A stretch of DNA of 18,188 nt, taken from NCBI GenBank assembly GCA_044345055.1, contig JBIJBT010000057.1:1-18188 (forward strand), in the 5' to 3' direction. Shown here one piece after another: positions 9,318 through 17,057 of this stretch. Every line of letters starts with the position of its first letter. Position 1 is the stretch's first letter. Below the pieces are notes generated by a model. That model was not told the DNA's origin and did not search any database. It was given only the letters and a program-made list of their open reading frames with translations. This DNA comes from Bdellovibrionota bacterium (GTDB taxonomy: Bacteria; Bdellovibrionota_C; UBA2361; OMIW01). A program made the position numbers and the translations under genes.

Positions 9318-9435
9318 GATGAACCTTTTTGAGGGCAGGCTGGTGAAGCGATTACCTACAACCTAGAAACAAAAGAGGCAAACCTTTCGGAAAGAATCGA
9401 TATCAGAGAGTCGGAATCAGCTCCGCAGCTTTTAC

Positions 9436-9553
9436 CTTGCTCCGCGAGAAAATTTTAATCTTGCTCCGCGAGAACAGTTTAATCTTGCTCCGCGAGAACA
9501 GTTTAATCTTGCTCCGCGAGAACAGTTTAATCTTGCTCCGCGAGAACAGTTTA
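9436..9553. repeat. 24-bp tandem repeat (minisatellite), about 4.9 copies
   Basis: Unit CTTGCTCCGCGAGAACAGTTTAAT starts at 9436, 9460, 9484, 9508 and 9532. The first copy has 2 substitutions, the last is 22 bp, and there are no spacers. Confidence 0.97.
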
Positions 9554-10846
9554 CGTCGCTTTGCTTCGACCTCTCTGCTTGTTTACCTCATCAACCCATT
9601 GCGCATGATCCCCAAGAATTCGGAGAGCGTAATTGACGACCTCACGCGGAACGCCCCGTCTGCTGCCCGCCTTAATCGTTTTATCAACGTGGCCGGGACC
9701 CCAGTTGTAGGCCATCAGAGTAAGAATGCGGTTACCTTTATACATTTCCTCAAGGTATTTTAGGTACTTTACTCCTAGATGAAGATTGTGGCCAGGGTCT
9801 GATAGATTGCCGCGAGGAATCTCATTGATACTCTCAACGTAGCGCGCTGTTGCGGGCATAATTTGCATGAGGCCCTGTGCTCCAACATAGGATCGAGCGT
9901 AGGTGTTAAAGGCACTCTCGGACTTTATAACTGCTGCCACAAATAGGGGATCGTAATTCTGGCGGATAGATTCTGAAACAATTGCACTCGCAAGACTTCG
10001 TCTATCGATTCCACGCTTGCCATGACGAGAGATTACCCGTAACACGTGAGCCGTTAAAGTCTCTCGATCTGAGTAATTAAGTTTTCGTGATATCGGCGCG
10101 GGAAGTTCGCGCTCAACGACGGCTTGATTGTATGAACCCGAAACCCGGACTGTTCGTACAGATCGTGGACCCTGTCGGTACGCAGCCACATTTATCACGC
10201 GGGTGCGGCGTTCAAAACGTTGAAGCAGGGCGTTAATATCATCAAGGTTGAGTGAATCATCAGGCCGTTCTTTTCTTTCAATCCGATCTGATTGAGAAAA
10301 AGCAAACCGCTGACGAAGCCCCCTCATCGATATGCCCGAGGGGATATACTCATCTTCAGGTGGAGAGGGCCAGATAAATATCAGAATACCGGTAAGGAGT
10401 GCTGCTCCGAGAAATTCGCGCGGGTATCGTTGATAAAGTGCGAGAAGCTGCTGCAGGAGTTCATCGATAGAGAGGAAAGCATCTCGTAATGCCCTTTCCC
10501 AATACTCCATCGAAACGAGACCACCGCCCGTCTCCTCACGCTGAGGGGGTGCGGATTGTATTAAAGATGCCGATTCTCCTCGGCGCGGCGTCCCGCGAAG
10601 AGGTGGCACTCCCGTAGCGATAAGCGGATTGATTGCTGGTGGAGTGGGGGAAGGAGGAGTAATTCTTGAAGCTCCGACCGGAGCTGGATTAATAGCCACT
10701 TTTGGATTTGTGTTACTTGATGGCTGGTAAGGAGCGCAATCGCTCTCCCTCGATACTCCTCCCCCTACACCCTCTCCATCTGATCGAATCTGCCGAACGG
10801 AGGGGTTATTGAGTAACTTTCCTGTCGGTACCTTCGGGGTGGTCAT
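9551..10846 (-). CDS. Lytic transglycosylase (SLT/GH23 domain) with Pro-rich N-terminus and a single TM helix
   Basis: AVIKSES (catalytic Glu), GAQGLMQIMPATA, NLHLGVKYL and AYNWGPG; TM FLGAALLTGILIFIW. The start is uncertain (GTG 10849, ATG 10846, or a later Met). Confidence 0.9.
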   Translation of the reverse strand: MTTPKVPTGKLLNNPSVRQIRSDGEGVGGGVSRESDCAPYQPSSNTNPKVAINPAPVGASRITPPSPTPPAINPLIATGVPPLRGTPRRGESASLIQSAPPQREETGGGLVSMEYWERALRDAFLSIDELLQQLLALYQRYPREFLGAALLTGILIFIWPSPPEDEYIPSGISMRGLRQRFAFSQSDRIERKERPDDSLNLDDINALLQRFERRTRVINVAAYRQGPRSVRTVRVSGSYNQAVVERELPAPISRKLNYSDRETLTAHVLRVISRHGKRGIDRRSLASAIVSESIRQNYDPLFVAAVIKSESAFNTYARSYVGAQGLMQIMPATARYVESINEIPRGNLSDPGHNLHLGVKYLKYLEEMYKGNRILTLMAYNWGPGHVDKTIKAGSRRGVPREVVNYALRILGDHAQWVDEVNKQRGRSKAT

Positions 10847-11030
10847 CACCAGGATCCTTCAAGAGTAAACCTATTAACCTCCCCTCTGTTATGCCGAACC
10901 GAGGCGAATACGTGATCGAGAAATCGTAACTATCTGAACTAATGGGTATTATTTAGTATTTCTGATGCCCTCTCGTCAAGCTAACTTATGATGCTCGAGA
11001 AACGGAGTTCCCGATCTCAATGATTACCAC

Positions 11031-11681
11031 CTATCGTATCCCGAGTAATTTATGAGTCTGAATTGAGAGGCTCCACCGCGCAGGGTGAGACTTCACCAGC
11101 TCAGCGCACCACGAAAGATCCTCCATTCGAACACTCCCATCAGCCTGAAATGTTGGCGAAATAAGGTAATGCTCCGCCTCGATCGAGGGTTCAGGAATCC
11201 CCATACCACTTTGTCTTACATACTTTAATTCGTGGGCCGAACGTTGACGAAGAGTATGTTCAGCCGTCTTTGGGGATACGCAGATCCAATCAAACCCCTT
11301 CGGGAGGGATATCGTGCCATTTGTTTCGATTGCGAGCTTCCACCCCTCCATTTTTGCTCGTTCAACAAAGAGGTTATCTAGCTGAAGTGCCGGCTCTCCC
11401 CCGGTGCACAGGAGCCACCCCTTTTTTGGATTCAGATCTGAGGCCTTTTCGAAAATCGCATCAAGTTCAAACTCACTACCACTCATGAACTCAGTGTCAC
11501 AATCAAAGCCCGCATTCTGAAGGGAGCACCGGAGGTTGCAGTCGCTAAACCGAACAAACACCATCGGCGTACCAACTAGCCGTCCCTCTCCCTGAATGGA
11601 GAAAAATATCTCATTGATTCGATAATGTCCCTGTGAGCGAGCCCGCAAAGCACGGGAGGAGGGGATCGGTAATTGGGACAT
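11031..11681 (-). CDS. queE: 7-carboxy-7-deazaguanine synthase (radical SAM)
   Basis: EIFFSIQGEG, VFVRFSDCNLRC...CDT, TGGEPALQ, IETNGT, WICVSPK and LSIQTHK; adjacent to queD. Confidence 0.93.
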   Translation of the reverse strand: MSQLPIPSSRALRARSQGHYRINEIFFSIQGEGRLVGTPMVFVRFSDCNLRCSLQNAGFDCDTEFMSGSEFELDAIFEKASDLNPKKGWLLCTGGEPALQLDNLFVERAKMEGWKLAIETNGTISLPKGFDWICVSPKTAEHTLRQRSAHELKYVRQSGMGIPEPSIEAEHYLISPTFQADGSVRMEDLSWCAELVKSHPARWSLSIQTHKLLGIR

Positions 11682-11713
11682 TCGCTATGGCTCCGAGTTG
11701 ATAATTTAATTTG

Positions 11714-11733
11714 CTAAAAGAAAGTTCTTTTAG
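11714..11733. promoter_or_regulatory. Inverted repeat, operator-like, upstream of queE
   Basis: CTAAAAGAA-AG-TTCTTTTAG, perfect 9-bp arms about 32 bp upstream of the queE ATG. Confidence 0.35.
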
Positions 11734-11814
11734 TGGCACGAAACATCGGAAAAACTTCGATGATTCGGTGATTCGACTCGCTAACGGCTCGTCTGTAATT
11801 TTTTTGCTAAATAG

Positions 11815-12180
11815 CTATTCCGAGTAACTACACCGAGAGGTGCAAGTCTCCTCGAGGATAATAGTATTCAGAGTAGGTAGGAGAGGCTTTATCTTTTTAA
11901 AAATCCAACGAGCGACCTCTTCACTCGTTGGATTTTCAAGAGCAAGAGATTCATTTAGATGATAGTGATCAAGAAAGTTTTCGAGAATCGGTTTCATGAT
12001 CTCTGAAATATCACCATAGTCAAGAACCATACCAGCTCGGGGACCAGATTGGTGAAGATCCTGAGAGGAGCACACAACTCGAACCCGCCACGAGTGACCG
12101 TGAAGCCGAGCACATTTTCCGCCGTGATGGGGAAGGCGATGGGATGCCTCAAAGCGAAATTCCTTTTCAAGAGTCCACAC
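11815..12180 (-). CDS. queD: 6-carboxy-5,6,7,8-tetrahydropterin synthase
   Basis: FEASHRLP, GKCARLHGHS, GMVLDY, LDHYHLNE, ENPTSE and C-terminal ET. GTG start with a GGAG RBS. Confidence 0.95.
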   Translation of the reverse strand: MWTLEKEFRFEASHRLPHHGGKCARLHGHSWRVRVVCSSQDLHQSGPRAGMVLDYGDISEIMKPILENFLDHYHLNESLALENPTSEEVARWIFKKIKPLLPTLNTIILEETCTSRCSYSE

Positions 12181-12331
12181 GATAACTTCTCCAAGTTTTT
12201 TGCCTATAAATTATCAAGAGAAATTTTTAACAAATAGTATAACGAATTCCAAATAGTCTTACGATATTGGGTCATCCAAATAACAAGGCGTAAAAAGTTA
12301 GCTGAATCGCAACAAGGTTGGTGAAAAATGA

Positions 12332-13675
12332 TTAATCCATAAGCTCTGCACCCTCTTGGAGCCAGTCTGGTCGCTTTGTTTCAATAGAAGCGCCAATTTT
12401 ATGGAGCATCGTATATAGACCAAAGAAGATCCGATTCAGGAATAGCGCATCACGGGGACCACGCGCTGAGCGCGACTGCCGAAATTCCTTCATCCGAGAT
12501 ATCTCCTCGCCGCGTCGCGTGAGCTCTGCAAAATAGGATGGATCTGAAAAATCAAAATGTTGTTGGGCGAAGGGACGAGCGACCAGAGTTATTAATTCCT
12601 CAGTAATCGCGGCAAAAAAACTTCGCTCCTCGGGCGAATCATCGGGGTGTATGACAGAGAGTGATTCAAATAGTTCGGTAAGGAGAGTACGATTTGACCG
12701 AATATCTGACCGAATAAGAGAGAAATAGCTCCGATAAAACTGCTCGGGTATCTCCTTTACACACCCAAAGTCGAGGATGCTTACACTGCCATCCGAAAGA
12801 AAGAGAAAATTACCTGGATGAGGATCGGCGTGGGCTTTTCTTAGGGTGTGAAGCTGGAAGGTGTAAAAATCCCAAAGCCGCTGACCAACGAGATTTCGAA
12901 TCTCCTGTGAAGGAGAGGATGCTATAAATTCGGAAAGATGCATCCCATCGAGCCAGTCCATCGTCAGAACACGCTTTCCAGAGTATTCGGGGTAATAAAC
13001 CGGAAAAAGTAAACCTTCTAGGTGAGCTGCTGCTCTTGATATCTCTATACCCCGAGCAAGCTCAAGGGTGTAATCGACCTCTTCCTTTAGCCGCGCACTT
13101 ACTTCTTCAAGAAAAAATGCAACATCGCTATCTCGCACCTGAAAAAGGAGTGATGCCACAGGCCGAACCATTGCCAAATCAGCATCGATACTTGCTGCAA
13201 CCCCGGGATACTGAATTTTTACCGCAAAAACTTTTCCCTCTTTAGTTGCCCGATGAACCTGACCCATCGATGCAGCGGCAACGGCCGTTCGCGAAAATGA
13301 ATCAAATAGCTCGCTCGGAGAGCGGCCAATAGTCTGCTGAAAAACCCTCAAAACAAGCGGAAAGGAGAGGGGAGGGACACACGATTGAGATAACTGAAAC
13401 CGATCTGCGTAAGCATCGGGGAGAAGCCCAGTGTCGAGGCTCAACATCTGCAATACTTTGAGAGCACCTCCCTTGAGAGTACTGAGCGAATCATAAATCG
13501 CCGCTGCGTTTGCTTCATGGAGCTGCTCGGTTCCGCCTTCCGAGGAAAATGGCCGTTTTGCAAGATAAGAGAGGTAATTGCCCCCCAGCTTTACACCGGT
13601 GCCAAGAAATCGCGCGGCTCGTCCTAATGAGGTCTGCGGGATAGCCTTTGCTTCCTTTTCGGAGTCGTCATTCAT
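12332..13675 (-). CDS. ABC1/AarF/UbiB family atypical protein kinase
   Basis: LKGGALKVLQ, AAASMGQVH, AVKIQYPG, EEVDY, HADPHPGN and LDFGC. ATG 13675 overlaps the upstream stop; the ORF is open to 13795. Confidence 0.93.
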   Translation of the reverse strand: MNDDSEKEAKAIPQTSLGRAARFLGTGVKLGGNYLSYLAKRPFSSEGGTEQLHEANAAAIYDSLSTLKGGALKVLQMLSLDTGLLPDAYADRFQLSQSCVPPLSFPLVLRVFQQTIGRSPSELFDSFSRTAVAAASMGQVHRATKEGKVFAVKIQYPGVAASIDADLAMVRPVASLLFQVRDSDVAFFLEEVSARLKEEVDYTLELARGIEISRAAAHLEGLLFPVYYPEYSGKRVLTMDWLDGMHLSEFIASSPSQEIRNLVGQRLWDFYTFQLHTLRKAHADPHPGNFLFLSDGSVSILDFGCVKEIPEQFYRSYFSLIRSDIRSNRTLLTELFESLSVIHPDDSPEERSFFAAITEELITLVARPFAQQHFDFSDPSYFAELTRRGEEISRMKEFRQSRSARGPRDALFLNRIFFGLYTMLHKIGASIETKRPDWLQEGAELMD

Positions 13676-14363
13676 CTGTGGTATTGCTCTGTTGTTTTGG
13701 CTCATTAAATGGAGAGGAACGAAGCATCGATGAAAGGATGGGGTAGAGCCGAGTTCTACCGATGATTGAACCGACCTCAGCGAGATTAGTTCCAAATCCT
13801 AGCTTACTTGACGATGCAACAACTGATGCTATCTGATCAACAAACGCCTCAGTTTGTAATCGCTCAGGAGTTGTGTCGGTCAGCCAATATGCTAGAGCGG
13901 CGATAAGCGCCACCGAGATCGCTTCTCGCTCAAAAACTTTACTTTCGTTACCTTGCGAAGTAACCAACACCGCGATGAGCCCTCTACGTAGACCAATAAT
14001 CGAATCACTCAACGGCAGCCCGCGCGATATCGGTCTTTTAAAGGGAAGTGTAAAAGTTGCCTCAACGAGGGGAAGCTCCGCAGCGCATCGATCAATAATT
14101 GCAAGAATCAGAGCAACAATCTTTTCCTGGCGGGTGAAAAGAGGGAATTCAGATGTTGCAATCACCGGAGCTAAGGCAGCAGCGACGATATCTTCCCAAA
14201 CCTGTTGGCTTAAGGGATGAATCGTTGAAAACTGGGCACGAACTGAGCGCTCGTCGAGACCTTGCGCGATACTCAGCTCCCGAATCGATAGAGGCAATCG
14301 AGATTGCTCCGCGACAAAAGCGCGGTATGCGGATATCAGCGCGTCTCGTTCCGATATCACCAT
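13668..14363 (-). CDS. TetR-like protein (degenerate HTH plus TetR C-terminal-type domain)
   Basis: N-terminal helical/HTH-like LSIRELSIAQGLDERSVRAQF. FTRQEKIV and YWLTDTT...TEAFVD resemble the TetR-C proteins I recall lying upstream of ABC1 kinases in Bacteroidota. It is translationally coupled to the kinase. Confidence 0.65.
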   Translation of the reverse strand: MVISERDALISAYRAFVAEQSRLPLSIRELSIAQGLDERSVRAQFSTIHPLSQQVWEDIVAAALAPVIATSEFPLFTRQEKIVALILAIIDRCAAELPLVEATFTLPFKRPISRGLPLSDSIIGLRRGLIAVLVTSQGNESKVFEREAISVALIAALAYWLTDTTPERLQTEAFVDQIASVVASSSKLGFGTNLAEVGSIIGRTRLYPILSSMLRSSPFNEPKQQSNTTDE

Positions 14364-14376
14364 AGCAACGCACCTA

Positions 14377-14817
14377 TCATTCTACCTCACACGCAACCCT
14401 AGCCCGTTCAAGCTGCTCGCTGAGGAGCCCTCCAGCACCGATGAGTGCACCGACCGCGCCCGCCATAGAAATACCGAACAAAATATATAGCCAAAACTCG
14501 ACGGTGGTTTGAGCGTAAGAGACTCCTGTTCCGACCACAGTAAGGGTACACGCTGCTCCCACCGTCCACCACACCATCGAGCGGAGCGACCGTGAAACCC
14601 AGAAGAGCCTCAACATCAGGAGAGTAGTAAGAACGGCTATAGTTGGACCCAAAAAGGGCACAAATAAAAAAACGCTAGTAAGGCATGGGCCAGCAATCGC
14701 CCCGTGAAGGAGAAGAGAACGGTACGATGGAGGTGAGATGGTGCCCGCCTTTTTAACGATTCTTCGCCGCTCTCGTTTTTCTATCGAAGAGAGAAGTACT
14801 TTTGTATCCATCGGCAA
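14377..14817 (-). CDS. Hypothetical membrane protein (about 4 TM helices)
   Basis: Basic N-terminus followed by hydrophobic segments; 13 bp upstream of the TetR-like gene. AGGA precedes TTG 14817; ATG 14811 is an alternative start. Confidence 0.7.
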   Translation of the reverse strand: MPMDTKVLLSSIEKRERRRIVKKAGTISPPSYRSLLLHGAIAGPCLTSVFLFVPFLGPTIAVLTTLLMLRLFWVSRSLRSMVWWTVGAACTLTVVGTGVSYAQTTVEFWLYILFGISMAGAVGALIGAGGLLSEQLERARVACEVE

Positions 14818-15051
14818 GGAATTCCTTTGTAAAGGTTGAAGGGCAAACCAGCGAACATTGTATTATCTGAGCAATTCCGGCGCAATCTTTGTGAAGCTCT
14901 CATTTGAGATACATTTATAAGGTGTGCTCGTAACATCTCCTTGCTACCATCCCTACCAGGCGATATTGAACGGCTGGAATCGTTCTCTCTCGTCTTAAGC
15001 TAAAAGATATTTTAAGAAGAAAACTGACGAAATCATCGTGGAGAATAAATT

Positions 15052-15657
15052 ATGCGAAACTTACTCCGGTGGGGTTTAGCGGGTATTGTGGCGGTTACTA
15101 CTGCGGGTGCAACTGCGCAAGCCGAAGTGTACGAAATTGATCCGAGCCACTCGACAGTTGGATTTAAAATTCGACACCTAGCCATTTCTTCAGTTCCTGG
15201 GAGATTCGGAGATTTTTCGGGTACGATCGAATTTGACCCAAAAAATATTGACAAATCGCATACTGAGGCTTCAATCGCGATAAAAAGTATTAACACCGAT
15301 AATACTAAAAGAGACGATCACCTCAAGGGCGCAGATTTTTTCGATGAGGCAAAACACCCCGCGATTTCTTTTAAGACAACGAAAGTTGAGCCAGTATCTG
15401 AATCGACCTTCAAAGCAACGGGAGATTTAATGATGCACGGTGTTACTAAACCGGTGACACTTGATGTGGAGTACACGGGGAGCGCAACAGACCCTTGGGG
15501 CAATAAGCGGGTTGGATTTGCAGCGACCACTAGTCTTAGTCGCAAGGACTTTGGCATTACCTGGAACAAGGCGCTCGATGCAGGTGGTGTGGTGCTGGGC
15601 GATGAGGTAAAAGTGACCCTTGAGATTGAGGGGATTGAGAAAAAAAAGGCAGGGTGA
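15052..15657 (+). CDS. yceI: YceI family periplasmic polyisoprenoid/lipid-binding protein
   Basis: Signal peptide ending AQA; YEIDPSHSTVGFKIRH, RDDHLKGADFF, GDLMMHGVTKPV, DPWG and RKDFG. RBS GGAG. Confidence 0.95.
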   Translation: MRNLLRWGLAGIVAVTTAGATAQAEVYEIDPSHSTVGFKIRHLAISSVPGRFGDFSGTIEFDPKNIDKSHTEASIAIKSINTDNTKRDDHLKGADFFDEAKHPAISFKTTKVEPVSESTFKATGDLMMHGVTKPVTLDVEYTGSATDPWGNKRVGFAATTSLSRKDFGITWNKALDAGGVVLGDEVKVTLEIEGIEKKKAG

Positions 15658-15691
15658 TCGGTTTAGCCTCTAGCAGAGAGTTCAACAGCAG

Positions 15692-16900
15692 ATGAGCATG
15701 GCGCAAAAAATCTCCGCATGTTGGATCGTAAAAAACGAGACGCTGTTTCTTGCTCGCTCGCTAGCGAGTGTTGCCGGTGTCGCTGACGAAATCCTCGTCG
15801 GAGACACCGGCTCAACAGATGAGAGTATAGAAATTGCCCAAAATGCAGGTGCGCGCGTTGTAAAAATCCCCTGGAACGGAAGCTACGCTGATGCGCGTAA
15901 TGCCGTAATGGCATACGCTACTGGCTCATGGATTTTATTCCTAGATGGTGACGAGCTTCTTGAGCCCTCTCATGGAGCATTGATCCGAGAGTTAGTCGAG
16001 AACAAAGAGGTTGAGGCATATTACCTTGACCGGCGCCACTATCTTCGCGCTCCTTCACCGGTTGGATTATTGCCTATATCGGCACCTCTTCCCCCGATAC
16101 CGATTGATGCTCTCGGATATATCCTTACCCACGATGTAAGACTTTTTCGGGCTAGTGGGAGGTACTTTTATCAGGGTCGCATCCACGAATCGCTCGAGGG
16201 AAGCCTTGGAGCGCATCAAGTTTCGATAATCAGATCCTCCGCAATAATTCATCACTTTGGTCCGTGCAAATCAGACGATCAGCTAGTTGAAAAAATTGCG
16301 CACTACGTATCTCTTGCTGCTAAGAGATATGAGCAGGAACCGGAAAACTGGAAGGCGCTATTTGATTACGCCGTTGAGCTTTCAAGAGCAGGATATCGAG
16401 ATGAAGCGCTCCTACTTTTAGAGAAGGGATTAGAAATATTTCCGGAGCAGTGGGAGATTCATCTCGAGTACGGAATATTCCTTCACGAGGCGGGAAGGCA
16501 AGGCGAAGCCATTATAGCGCTTCGCTCGGTTGTTGAGTCTCGCCCACATTGGGTCCGTGGATGGCACACGCTAGGTCTTGCATTCCTCCGTGAAAGCGAT
16601 CTTGCTACAGCAGCTCTCTGTTTTGAACAGTGCCAGCTTCTTTCTCCAGATGAGGGAATTTCTCTGCTTAATTGGGGAACATCGCTGCTCCTTCAAGGCG
16701 ATATACCTTCAGCGCAAGATCGTTTCTCTCGCGTCGAGACTCTCTTTCCTCAATTACCGCAGGCTACGCTTGGTCGCCGAATCTGTGAGGTTCTTGCCGG
16801 AAGCATTACCTTAGCAGCTAGCGAACTAATTCCTGAGGATGTGACCATGTTCGGAGGTGATACACTCTGGCAGGCATTACAGTCTATTCGCCAACCGTAG
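15692..16900 (+). CDS. GT2 family glycosyltransferase with C-terminal TPR repeats
   Basis: ISACWIVKNE, DTGSTD, ARN, FLDGDE (DxD) and RIHE. The C-terminal half has TPR-like helix pairs (ALLLLEKGLEIFPE; GWHTLGLAFL...CFEQCQLLSPD). Confidence 0.9.
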   Translation: MSMAQKISACWIVKNETLFLARSLASVAGVADEILVGDTGSTDESIEIAQNAGARVVKIPWNGSYADARNAVMAYATGSWILFLDGDELLEPSHGALIRELVENKEVEAYYLDRRHYLRAPSPVGLLPISAPLPPIPIDALGYILTHDVRLFRASGRYFYQGRIHESLEGSLGAHQVSIIRSSAIIHHFGPCKSDDQLVEKIAHYVSLAAKRYEQEPENWKALFDYAVELSRAGYRDEALLLLEKGLEIFPEQWEIHLEYGIFLHEAGRQGEAIIALRSVVESRPHWVRGWHTLGLAFLRESDLATAALCFEQCQLLSPDEGISLLNWGTSLLLQGDIPSAQDRFSRVETLFPQLPQATLGRRICEVLAGSITLAASELIPEDVTMFGGDTLWQALQSIRQP

Positions 16901-16912
16901 GCGAAACGAACT

Positions 16913-16944
16913 TTTTAGTGCATACTAAAAAGATCAAAAAAAAA
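16913..16944. promoter_or_regulatory. Inverted repeat plus A10 tract between the GT2 and desaturase genes (terminator or operator)
   Basis: TTTTAGT-GCAT-ACTAAAA at 16913-16930 and A10 at 16935-16944. Confidence 0.3.
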
Positions 16945-17057
16945 ACAATCAGGACCTAACCATTTTTCATCATACCGCTAAAGCTTCGTGCTTTGGCAAT
17001 AGGTCGGGGATTATCTCGTTTGCATCATGGTCACATATGTCAACGTCGCGGGGGAGT

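Noticed and set aside
9436..9553. CRISPR array
   Set aside because: The units are directly contiguous with no unique spacers, and there are no cas genes in the window.
9436..9553. Tandem NadQ operators upstream of nadB
   Set aside because: As I recall it, the NadQ box has CTC-N5-GAG with AT flanks; these units have CTC-N3-GAG and lack the flanking symmetry.
9437..9763. 108-aa plus-strand ORF with LLRENSLI repeats
   Set aside because: It is a by-product of the 24-bp repeat, has a TTG start without an RBS, and is antisense to the SLT gene.
11031..12180. dpd-type DNA deazaguanine modification island or QueC-based defence system
   Set aside because: No dpdA/tgt-like, queC, helicase or nuclease genes are in the window, and the neighbours are ordinary metabolic genes.
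12185..12230. preQ1-I riboswitch upstream of queD
   Set aside because: An AAAAAACU-like tail precedes the RBS, but I could not find the required P1 stem and conserved loop.
13676..13795. N-terminal extension of the ABC1 kinase given in the ORF track
   Set aside because: It would overlap the upstream gene by over 120 bp; ATG 13675 gives normal translational coupling.
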